DNA from: Hydrurus foetidus
Taxonomy: Eukaryota
Assembly (NCBI GenBank): GCA_900617105.1
Contig: UYFQ01000001.1
Location: forward strand, 4,898,001-4,962,000
Direction of reading: 5' to 3'
Length of the DNA stretch: 64,000 bases
Shown here: piece after piece, positions 8,889 to 17,945 of the stretch
How positions within the stretch are numbered: the first letter of the stretch is position 1
Layout: every line of letters begins with the position of its first letter
Position numbers and translations under genes: made by a program
Notes under the pieces: generated by a model
What the model was told of the DNA's origin: nothing
Database searches by the model: none
What the model saw: the letters and a program-made list of their open reading frames with translations, nothing else

Positions 8889-9746
8889 ATGCCTGGTCAG
8901 ATGGTTCTGCGAATCTGGGATGTCGCCCACGGCGCGTGCGCCATGCTGACCCACCACCATGACGGTCGCGATGGCCGCATCGCGATGATTGATTCGGGAA
9001 GCACGGTTGGCTGGAATCCCAGCACCTGCATTCGCAACGGTTTGGGGCGCTCAACGCTGGACTACTTGTTCATCACGAATGCTGACCAGGATCACATGGA
9101 CGACTTGCAAGGGTTGTGGGAAGAGAATATCGCGGTGACAACACTGTTCCGCAACCCCAGCTACACCGGCGAAGACATGAGACGTCTCAAGCGGCAGAGC
9201 GGGCCGCTCACCAACGATGCGCAGCGGTACACGTCTGCCTGCGAGGTCTACAACCAGCCCGTGACCGAACCATTCAACGCCTACATGGGCGGCATCACGG
9301 CGACCACCTTTTGGAACAACTACCCTACGTTCCAGAGCACGAACGATCTCAGCCTGGTGATCTTCATTCAGTACGCAGGTGTGAAGATACTATTTCCCGG
9401 CGACTTAGAGAAGCCTGGCTGGAGGGCATTGCTGCAGCGTCCAGATTTTTGCGCCGAGCTGCACAACCTTGACTTCCTCGTGGCATCTCATCACGGGCGC
9501 GAGAACGGTTTCTGTCCTGAACTATTCAACTATTGCCGCCCCGATGCTGTGATCATTTCAGATAAGCCCATTGAACATGAGACTCAACAGACGGTGCCAG
9601 ACTACCGCGCGGTGATGGGGCGCGGGGTATCTGTCAGAACGACCAACAAGAGGAGACACGTGCTCACGACGCGGCGCGACGGCTGGATACAGATCACAGT
9701 TTTCGACAATGGTTGGTATGCGTTCGATACGGAAAAGCGAGGGTAG
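8889..9746 (+). CDS. Second MBL-fold (ComEC/Rec2-like) hydrolase
   Basis: Strong RBS GAGGAG; WDVAHG, IDSG, TNADQDH, NDLSLV, FPGDLE, ASHHG, TTRRDGWI motifs. Confidence 0.85.
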   Translation: MPGQMVLRIWDVAHGACAMLTHHHDGRDGRIAMIDSGSTVGWNPSTCIRNGLGRSTLDYLFITNADQDHMDDLQGLWEENIAVTTLFRNPSYTGEDMRRLKRQSGPLTNDAQRYTSACEVYNQPVTEPFNAYMGGITATTFWNNYPTFQSTNDLSLVIFIQYAGVKILFPGDLEKPGWRALLQRPDFCAELHNLDFLVASHHGRENGFCPELFNYCRPDAVIISDKPIEHETQQTVPDYRAVMGRGVSVRTTNKRRHVLTTRRDGWIQITVFDNGWYAFDTEKRG

Positions 9747-10106
9747 GTACCGAGGTCATATTTGCAGTAGCGTAAATATTGATATTTGATTTCACGCGTC
9801 CCGGCGTTGCCGCCGTCGGGCTCGCGGGCGTTGCCCCGCGACTCGTGCCGAGTCACGGCCATTCGGCATTGATCCCTGACGCCTCCGGACCTTTGGGCCT
9901 GCGCACGCCGCTTGCCGTTAAGGCGGTGGAGTGTGTGGGGTGGTCTTGCTGTTCCCTTCAATGTACCACGCCGTTCTCGCCGTCAAGGGCTGCGCGTGCC
10001 CTGCACGCTGGCGTCCATGCGGCCGTCTGCGACCCCTGACTGCTTGCGCTGCGGCGTGTTCCTCCGGTTCCAGGCAATTCCGCCCGATTCGGACTGGAGC
10101 ACGATC

Positions 10107-10613
10107 ATGTCGCAACTTCCTCATTCTCTCGATTTTTCCCTTCTCGTTCGCGATGTCACGGGCGACTACCGTCCTGCCAACGCCGACGAAGTGTTGCAGG
10201 CGGCGCAGCGTGTACTCGCAGGACAAATGCGCGACTGCGAAGTCCTGAACTCGCCGCAGGTGGTGCGCGACTTCCTGAGGGTGAAGCTGGGCGCGCTGGA
10301 GCACGAGGTGTTCGCCGTCATCCATCTGGATGCACAGAACCGTGTCATCGAATACGTCGAGATGTTTCGCGGTACGGTAAGCCAGACATCGGTGTATCCG
10401 CGCGAGGTGGTCAAGGAGTCCCTGGCCAGAAACAGCGCTGCGTTATTGCTGGTGCATAACCATCCGAGCGGTTCAACCCAACCGTCGCGCGCCGACGAGA
10501 TGCTCACGCAGGCGCTGAAGTCGGCACTGGCGCTGGTGGACGTGCGAGTGCTGGATCACCTGATCGTCGCTGGTGGCGACATCCTGAGTTTTGCCGAACG
10601 CGGGCTGTTGTAG
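10107..10613 (+). CDS. radC: RadC/JAB-domain protein (ICE core gene)
   Basis: EHEVFAV, VYPREVVK, HNHPSG, SRAD, VRVLDHLIV; GGAG RBS before ATG 10107. Confidence 0.93.
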   Translation: MSQLPHSLDFSLLVRDVTGDYRPANADEVLQAAQRVLAGQMRDCEVLNSPQVVRDFLRVKLGALEHEVFAVIHLDAQNRVIEYVEMFRGTVSQTSVYPREVVKESLARNSAALLLVHNHPSGSTQPSRADEMLTQALKSALALVDVRVLDHLIVAGGDILSFAERGLL

Positions 10614-10617
10614 CCCG

Positions 10618-10639
10618 AGGGGGCATTGCCCCCTTTTTT
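10618..10639 (+). terminator. Intrinsic terminator after radC
   Basis: AGGGGGCA-T-TGCCCCCT stem followed by a T run. Confidence 0.7.
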
Positions 10640-10824
10640 GCTGCGGCCTTGACGTCCGGTAAAGGCTGCGCGCTGCGCTTGCCTCCAGGGGTCGGCTGAC
10701 GCCCACCCCGCCGCGCAGGCTTGGCGCCCCACAGGACCGCCGAACAGGCTGCGCCTGATCGGCCAGCACACAACGTCGATTGCGCGCCACGCGCTTTGCC
10801 CACTTCCAGTCAGGCGTGCTTGCT

Positions 10825-11160
10825 GCACGCAGGGGCGCTCGCCGCGCGGCGTTGGTTTCAGCGCATCCCCTGGCCCATTGGCCGCTGTTCGTCTTTCCCC
10901 AAGTTCATCGCTTTCTCCCGCGACCTTAGCCTGCGGTGCCTGGCCGTCAAGGCGCGCAGGGCCGAGTCCTCGCTGCGCTGTGGGCCGCACCAACCCTGCG
11001 CTTCTTCCTTGACGGCCAATCCCTCGCAGACCCGGTTTTTCGCGGGCGATGAACTCAGGAAAGACGGCGGCAAACAGGGACCGACCCAGGTCTCTGCGCC
11101 GAACCAACCAAAGCCACAACGGGCTCCGAATCTTGGAATCCGGTCAGCTTTGAAACCACA
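10825..11160. repeat. 336-bp direct repeat, copy 1; long nested hairpin leader of DUF932
   Basis: Aligns without gaps to 12488-12823 (offset 1663) with few mismatches; internal inverted arms. Confidence 0.92.
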
Positions 11161-11183
11161 GCTTCAATCACAGGAGAAAGACC

Positions 11184-12011
11184 ATGCAACTCAGTTCCCG
11201 TTTCGCTTCCCGCTCCCCCGTGCTGCGCGCTGATCATCCGCTGTCAGATGACCAAATCCGCACCGTGGCTCCGTCCATCTTTGCCGAGGACAAGCACGCA
11301 AGCCGCTCTGACCGTTACAGCTACATAGCAACCGGCGCGGTTTTGTCCGAACTGCGCAAGGAAGGATTCCAGCCCTTTATGGTGTGCCAGACTCGTGTTC
11401 GCGATGAAGGCAAGCGCGAGCACACCAAGCACATGGTGCGACTGCGCCATGCCGACCAGATCAATGGCGCGGAGGCCAACGAAATTATTTTGCTGAACTC
11501 GCACGATGGCACCAGCAGCTATCAAATGTTGGCGGGCATGTTCCGCTTCGTCTGCAAAAACGGCTTGGTGTGCGGCGACACCGTGGCCGATCTGCGCATC
11601 CCGCATAAAGGCGATGTGGTCGGGCAAGTGATCGAAGGCGCGTATGACGTGCTGGATGGTTTCGACCTTGTGCGCGAGCGCCGCGACGAGATGCGCGCCA
11701 TTACGCTCGACCGAGGCGAGGCCGAAGTGTTTGCCCATGCGGCGCTATCTCTCAAGTACGACGACCCGGCCACGCCCGCACCGATCACCGAATCGCAGCT
11801 ATTGACGCCGCGCCGCCGCGATGACGACCGGCCCGACTTGTGGAGCGCCTATAACCGCGTGCAGGAGAATTTGACGCAAGGCGGGTTGCACGGACGCACC
11901 GCCACCGGACGCAGGCACAGCACCCGGCCCATTCAAGGTATTGACCAGAACGTCAAGATCAACCGGGCTTTGTGGATGCTGGCCGAAGGCATGAAGCGGC
12001 TCAAGGCTTGA
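11184..12011 (+). CDS. DUF932 (DUF945-like) family protein
   Basis: APSIFAEDKHASRSDRY, HTKHMVRLR, LLNSHDGTSSYQM.AGMFRFVCKNG; standard ICE/plasmid leading-region gene. Confidence 0.88.
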   Translation: MQLSSRFASRSPVLRADHPLSDDQIRTVAPSIFAEDKHASRSDRYSYIATGAVLSELRKEGFQPFMVCQTRVRDEGKREHTKHMVRLRHADQINGAEANEIILLNSHDGTSSYQMLAGMFRFVCKNGLVCGDTVADLRIPHKGDVVGQVIEGAYDVLDGFDLVRERRDEMRAITLDRGEAEVFAHAALSLKYDDPATPAPITESQLLTPRRRDDDRPDLWSAYNRVQENLTQGGLHGRTATGRRHSTRPIQGIDQNVKINRALWMLAEGMKRLKA

Positions 12012-12487
12012 CCGGCTGAATCAACGAGGGGGCGCAATGCCCCCTCGACATTGGAGGCACACGGGGCAACGGCGGACGGCCAGGCCGCCGCGCGCCCATC
12101 CGTTCAGTCTGGGCGCGCGGCGGCGGCGGTCGCTACGCGACCACTCGATGGCTGTAGGTATTCGCCATGGTTGGCATGGGGAACCAGCCGATAGGTGCCA
12201 GATGCTTCGCATTGGGTAGTTCGGCAATCCTGCCTGAATTATCTTTGCGTCTCCCGGCATAGCCGGGCCGCGCTGTCGTGCGTGGCATCGAGCCGCCATA
12301 GCGTCTCGCCCCTCTCGGGCTTTCATCGTTCCCTCCCTGCGGTCGGCTGACGCCTGCGCACTGCGTTTGCGCTCCAGGGGATCGGCTGGACAGCCCATCC
12401 CCGCCGCACTCTGTTTGGCGCCCCTGCAATGCCGCCGAACAGGTGGCACCTGATCGGCCAACAGCCATCCATCCAGGCGTGCCGCTG

Positions 12488-12823
12488 GCACGCAGGGGCG
12501 CTCGCCGCGCGGCGTTGGTTTCAGCGCATCCCCTGGCCCATCGACCGCTGTTCGTCTTTCCCCAAGTTCATCGCTTTTTCCCGCGACCGTAGCCCGCAGT
12601 GCCTGGCCGTCAAGGCGCGCAGGGCCGAGTCCTCGCTGCGCTGTGGGCCGCACCAACCCTGCGCTTCTTCCTTGACAGCCAGTCCCTTGCTGGCCCGGTT
12701 TTTCGCGGGCGATGAACTCAGGAAAGACGGCGGCAAACAGGGACCGGCCCAGGTCTCTGCGCCGAACCAACCAAAGCCACAACGGGCTCCGAATCTTGGA
12801 ATCCGGTCAGCTTTGAAACCACA
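12488..12823. repeat. 336-bp direct repeat, copy 2; hairpin leader upstream of the ParB-like gene
   Basis: Near-identical to 10825-11160. Confidence 0.92.
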
Positions 12824-12921
12824 GGAGAGCGCGCATGCAGATACCGACACCGTGAATCGATAACGAGTTTTTTCAACCTTTTTTTGTTTTCAACTTCCCG
12901 CAAGGGATAGGAGCTATCACC

Positions 12922-14928
12922 ATGAACACCATTACCCATCAAGAAACCCAAGCACTGCACGCGGCAGTTTTTACCCCTGCCGCAGCTACCATTGCGGCCT
13001 ACGACCTGCTGCTGATTCCGCTGTCGCAGTTGCGGCCTTCGAGCCGCAATGTGCGCAAGAGTGGCTGCGCGTCGATTCCCGAGCTGGCATCGAGCATTGC
13101 CCGCGTCGGTCTGCTGCAAAATCTCACCGTCACCGCATCGAGCGACGGTGAGCATTACGAAGTCGTCGCAGGCAAGCGGCGTCTGGCAGCGTTGAAGCTG
13201 CTGGCGAAGCGGCGCAAGCTTGCCAAGACCCATGAAGTGCCTTGCCTGTTGGTGCCGGATGCGTCGGCACGTACCGTGAGCCTGACCGAGAACGTGCAGC
13301 GCGAAGCGATGCACCCCGGCGAGCAGTTCGAGGCGTTCGCCGCGTTGGTGGCCGAAGGTCGGCCTGTCGAAGATATTGCCGCCGATTTTGGTGTAACACC
13401 GCTTGTGGTGCAGCGCCGTTTGAAGTTGGCGAATGTGTCGCCGCGCCTGCTGGCCGACTATCGCGCCGACACTGTCACGCTCGACCAGTTAATGGCGCTT
13501 GCCATCACGGACGACCACAGCGCACAGGAGGCGGCGTTCTATGACGCGCCGCAGTGGCAACGCAGTGCGCAGGCGCTGCGCGAACACCTGACCGAACGCG
13601 AGATCGACGCCACGCGCGATGCGCTGGCACGCTTCGTCGGCATCGACGCTTACGAGGCCGCAGGCGGTGGGGTGCGGCGCGACCTGTTCTCAGACGACAC
13701 ACGGGGCGTATTCCTCTCCGATGCGGCATTGCTGGACACCTTGGCGCGCGACAAACTTGCAGCCGCTGCAGACAGTGCCCGTGCGGAAGGTTGGGCATGG
13801 GTCGAAACCGTGCCGCGCATCACATCGGCAGAACTGCACGGCTTCCAGCGTGCCCGCCGTGACCGGCGCACGCCAAACAAGACCGAGGCCAAGCGCATCG
13901 CCAAGCTGCAATCGCGGCAGCAGGCCATTGACGACAAGCTGAATGCCGACGATGCCGAGGACATCGCGGAGGAAGAAGCATCTGCCCTCTACGAGGAAAG
14001 CGACAAACTTGGTGCGGAACTCGACATCATCGAGCAATCGCTGTTGGTGTTTGCACCCGAGGTGCTGACGATGGCCGGGGCTATCGTGGCCGTCGATCAC
14101 GCGGGCGAAATTGCCATCCATCGCGGCCTGTTGCGTGAGAGCGAGGCCAAGGCATTGCGGGCACAGGAACGGCAAGGCATGCAGGCTGGTGGTGATAGCG
14201 AAGGCGAGGCACAGCAACCAACCACGCCGAACATTTCCGAGAAGCTGGCGCGGCGCTTGAGCGCACATCGCACGGCGGCGCTGCAAGCGGAAGTCGCCCG
14301 CCATCCGCAAGTGGCACTCGTGGCCGTGGTGCATCGCCTCGCGCTGTGCGTGGTGGTCGATGGCTACCGCTCGGACGATTCGCCGATCAACATCAGCGCT
14401 TCGCCGCAAGATGGACTTGATACATTTGCGCCAGACGTGGCGCAGTCGCCCGCCCTGATCGGCTTGCGGGAAGTGCGGCAGGCGTGGGCGGCACGCCTAC
14501 CCAGTGACCCGGATGCACTGTTCGCTGAACTGATGGCGTTGCCCCAGCCGGAACTGCTGTCGTTGCTGGCGGTGTGCGTAGCTGCGACGGTGGGCGCGGT
14601 CACGCCACGCGAAGACACGTTGCCTGCATCCGCACTGGCGCAGGCGGTAGGCCTCGACATGCACCCGTGGTGGACACCAACCGCCGAAGGCTACTTCGCC
14701 CATGTGTCGAAAGCCGAGGCCATCGAGGCGGTGCAGGTGTTCGCGCCGGAGCATGCGGCGCGGCTCGCCAAGCTCAAGAAGAACGATCTGGCCAGCGAAG
14801 CGGAACGGCTGGCGGTCGGCACGGGCTGGCTGCCGGTGATGTTGCGGGCAGCGGTACAGGAGGCACCAGCAGAAACGCACCCGGATGCTGAGACGGACGA
14901 GTCAGCAAGTGAATTAGTAAGCGAATAA
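12922..14928 (+). CDS. Large ParB/Spo0J-domain protein of ICEs
   Basis: NVRK, LASSI..VGLLQNL, VVAGKRRLAAL, SLTENVQRE, HTH IAADFGV. Confidence 0.88.
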   Translation: MNTITHQETQALHAAVFTPAAATIAAYDLLLIPLSQLRPSSRNVRKSGCASIPELASSIARVGLLQNLTVTASSDGEHYEVVAGKRRLAALKLLAKRRKLAKTHEVPCLLVPDASARTVSLTENVQREAMHPGEQFEAFAALVAEGRPVEDIAADFGVTPLVVQRRLKLANVSPRLLADYRADTVTLDQLMALAITDDHSAQEAAFYDAPQWQRSAQALREHLTEREIDATRDALARFVGIDAYEAAGGGVRRDLFSDDTRGVFLSDAALLDTLARDKLAAAADSARAEGWAWVETVPRITSAELHGFQRARRDRRTPNKTEAKRIAKLQSRQQAIDDKLNADDAEDIAEEEASALYEESDKLGAELDIIEQSLLVFAPEVLTMAGAIVAVDHAGEIAIHRGLLRESEAKALRAQERQGMQAGGDSEGEAQQPTTPNISEKLARRLSAHRTAALQAEVARHPQVALVAVVHRLALCVVVDGYRSDDSPINISASPQDGLDTFAPDVAQSPALIGLREVRQAWAARLPSDPDALFAELMALPQPELLSLLAVCVAATVGAVTPREDTLPASALAQAVGLDMHPWWTPTAEGYFAHVSKAEAIEAVQVFAPEHAARLAKLKKNDLASEAERLAVGTGWLPVMLRAAVQEAPAETHPDAETDESASELVSE

Positions 14929-14935
14929 GCAAGAT

Positions 14936-14966
14936 ACCCCGGCGAGTTTCCGCCGGGGTTTTTTTT
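14936..14966 (+). terminator. Intrinsic terminator after the ParB-like gene
   Basis: ACCCCGGCG-loop-CGCCGGGGT followed by T7. Confidence 0.8.
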
Positions 14967-15583
14967 GCGCGTCGCGCGCGGCAGGTATGCCGCGCGCGTT
15001 TTAACAGCCGACAACCCCAACCAATTCCCAAAAACGCGCCCCGCCGCACAGGCGGGACGCCGGAGTGCGACAGCTTTGCTGCGCGCGCTTGTGCAATGAC
15101 GCACCACCCCCAACGCTGCCGGGCAGCGTCGCCAGAAACGACTGCGGCTCACCGGCAGGCCGTCCACCTTGCCCAGAACCATCCACACCGCAATCGATCA
15201 AGCCCGCGCCAGTGCGCGGAGAGCGTGCATCCTTGGTGATTCGGAAATGACCTTGATGATGAATGGGTGCGTGGCGGCGCAGCGCCTGTGCTGAGATGCC
15301 GGAGCCATGCTGCCTTCCGGTGAGGATCGCACCCAACGGCGGCCTTGACTTGTCGTGAATCCTGGCGCGGCAGCGGCTGCGCCTCGGGCTTCATGGCTGC
15401 AACCGTCCGGCGCAACGATTTTCCCCGGCACGGTGTGCCTTCCTCGCGCAACAAAATCGCCGCGCCTCCCGGTCCTCCACTGCGTTGCGGCCGCTTTGCG
15501 GTGCAGCCCGCCCGTACCTCGCCCTTTGGATCACCGACAAGGCCGCGATGGGCGCGACCTTGATTCACCGAAAGGAAATCATC

Positions 15584-15889
15584 ATGGCAAACATCGGCAT
15601 CTTTACCGCACAAAACGACAGCTTCACCGGCACGGTTCGCACCCTGACGCTCAACGTCAAGGTCAAATTCGTTCCCAACACCAAGGAAAGCGACAACGCC
15701 CCGGACTACCGCATCGTCGCCGGCAACTTCGAGATCGGCGCGGCGTGGAAGAAAGTCAGCAAGGCGGAACGGCCCTACCTGTCGGCAACCCTGGATGACC
15801 CGTCGTTCCCGGCGACCATCTATGCCCGCCTGGTCGAAGGCGAGGTCGGCGCGCACAATCTAATCTGGTCGCGCAGCAAGGGCGACTGA
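15584..15889 (+). CDS. DUF736 family protein
   Basis: MANIGIF..GTVRTLTL..APDYRI..EIGAAW..LDDPSF; AAGGA RBS; GC hairpin plus T run after the stop. Confidence 0.88.
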   Translation: MANIGIFTAQNDSFTGTVRTLTLNVKVKFVPNTKESDNAPDYRIVAGNFEIGAAWKKVSKAERPYLSATLDDPSFPATIYARLVEGEVGAHNLIWSRSKGD

Positions 15890-16664
15890 TCATCGCCCTC
15901 GACGCCCCGCCCATCTGGCGGGGCGCTTTTGCGTTCACCATCAGCGGCCCGCGCATCGCAGCGCGGGCCGACTAATTTGATGCACCGAATCGCTGATTGG
16001 CGGAGTACGGAATTGCGTGGAACCGCACTTCCGTAATCGTGCTTGAGCACAAAGCCGCTTCTACGGATTGTCGGTTCTGTAGTTTTACGGAGATGCGTAA
16101 AACCGGTTCTACGTTTTCATGAGTTTTGGCAACGACACATTTCCGGTTCCACGAATCCTTGTGCACCAGCATTGAAGTCCATCGTGCGTCCCCGGCGATG
16201 CCGGGCCACGCTGTCGTGCTGCGCATCAAGCCGCCGATGGCGTCTCGCCCCTTCGGCTTCCATTGCTGACGCCTCCGCGCTGGATGGCGCTGCGCGCTAC
16301 GCTTGCCCTCCAGGGATCGGCTTGACGCCCATCCCCGCCGCGCTGTGCTTGGCACCCCTCACAATGCGCCGAACAGGCCGCGCCTGATCGGCCTGCAAGA
16401 CCTCCTGTACTCCTGCGCCATCGAACCTGGTCTGATGCCGACGCTGTTCATCGCAGCGTTGCGGCGCTTCATGACGGCGCCACTCTTGTCGTGCATGGCC
16501 GCATCACCGACCGGACAGGCAGCGCAGCTTGGCGCACGCCGCACGCCCGTCAACCCCCGGCCCGCGCCAGCTTCGCCCGTGTTGGGGGTGTGACGGCCGC
16601 GCTATGCGCGTGCGCCAGACACGCAGCGCTCCGATCGGGAGCGTCCATTCAAGGAGTTGCAATC

Positions 16665-17009
16665 ATGAACCTCATCACCGAAACACTGCGTGCGCAATTG
16701 CTGGCCAACGGCCAGCAATCCCTCGACAACGAAGCCTTCGACCCACCGCCCGTCGTCAAGTTGTTCACCCCAGACGCGGGTGCCACCTGGCTGCTCACCG
16801 AGATCGACCCGGACGACCACGACCATGCCTTCGGACTCTGCGACCTGGGGCAAGGCTTCCCGGAGCTGGGCTATGTGAGTCTGGCCGAGTTGCAATCAGT
16901 GCGCGGCCGTCTTGGTCTTCCGATTGAGCGGGATCTGCACTTCGTTGCCACGAAGGCAATCAGTGCCTATGCGCAAGAAGCGCGCCGCGCGGAGCGTATC
17001 GTGACGTAG
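16665..17009 (+). CDS. DUF2958 family protein, copy 1
   Basis: PVVKLFTPDAGATWLLTE..FGLCDLG.G.PELGYVSL.EL..ERDLHF; AAGGAG RBS. Confidence 0.85.
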   Translation: MNLITETLRAQLLANGQQSLDNEAFDPPPVVKLFTPDAGATWLLTEIDPDDHDHAFGLCDLGQGFPELGYVSLAELQSVRGRLGLPIERDLHFVATKAISAYAQEARRAERIVT

Positions 17010-17317
17010 CCGTCACACGGGCGCTGCCGCCAGGCAGCGCTCTTTAGTTACCTATTTTCCCCTCCGGGCCTGGATTGGTGCTCATTTTCTGGTTTTCCCG
17101 CTTGAACTTGTGGCGGGCGTGCCTATTCTGAAAGACGCATCTACTGAAATCATGGTTTCCGTACTGACGTAATTGCCAATACGTGTGCCCACGGATTCAG
17201 TGGAATCCGCTATGGCAATGTGACGAATAAGCACACTTGACCATTCAAACTTTGACTCATCGGCGCGTTTGCGCAAAACTAATGTTCCGTTGAACGTAAC
17301 CACTTGCGCCAGCGACC

Positions 17318-17665
17318 ATGAAACCACTCATCACCGACGATCATCACGTCCAGTTGCTGGACAACGGCGCCGGCGCCGCGCGCGGCGAGAAGCGCGACCC
17401 GCTGCCGGTTGTCAAGCTGTTCACCCTGGACGCGCATGCGACCTGGCTCTTGACCGAACTCAGTCCCGCCGACGGCGACACCGCTTTCGGCCTGATCGAC
17501 CTCGGTATAGGTGCGCCGGAACTCGGCCATGTGCGCTTGTCCGTCCTGGAAGGCATTCGCGGACCACAGAATCTTGCCGTTGTACGCGATTTGCATTTCA
17601 TGCCAAAGCGGCGACTCTCCGAATACGCCCGGCTGGCCCAGGCCGACGGATCGATCAACGACTGA
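17318..17665 (+). CDS. DUF2958 family protein, copy 2
   Basis: PVVKLFTLDAHATWLLTE..FGLIDLG.G.PELG.V.L..RDLHF. Confidence 0.83.
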   Translation: MKPLITDDHHVQLLDNGAGAARGEKRDPLPVVKLFTLDAHATWLLTELSPADGDTAFGLIDLGIGAPELGHVRLSVLEGIRGPQNLAVVRDLHFMPKRRLSEYARLAQADGSIND

Positions 17666-17945
17666 TCGCCCTCGCGCGCCCAGCGCGATACGGCATCGCT
17701 CTGCCAAACAGACTGGCACTGCTGAGTGCGGCACCGCACAGATTGAAACGCGCAGACGGGCTATTTTGAGGAAACTCAACAGGCGTGTGGATTGCGCTGG
17801 GTGCGGTGCGAATACTCGGCCCGTTGCTGGCGACCTTACTTCAATTGCAAACCTTGTTGACTCGTAGCGGTCGAAGACCGACGTGGTCTTGCCCGCCGTA
17901 TTCCCATGGCGATTAAGTTCCTTCTACCCGAGAGGAGTTTGCGCC

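Noticed and set aside
10107..10613. RadC JAB domain as part of the ubiquitin-like locus
   Set aside because: Standard ICE backbone gene with its own leader and terminator; the locus already has a fused JAB
10556..12863. Similar-looking ORF pairs (10556-11119 / 12021-12782 and 10721-11233 / 12429-12863)
   Set aside because: Their similarity comes from the 336-bp noncoding repeat; GC-rich hairpins lack stop codons by chance
10683..16393. Intergenic repeats as a CRISPR array or integron attC sites
   Set aside because: No regular repeat-spacer period, no cas gene or integron integrase, and no clear attC core sites
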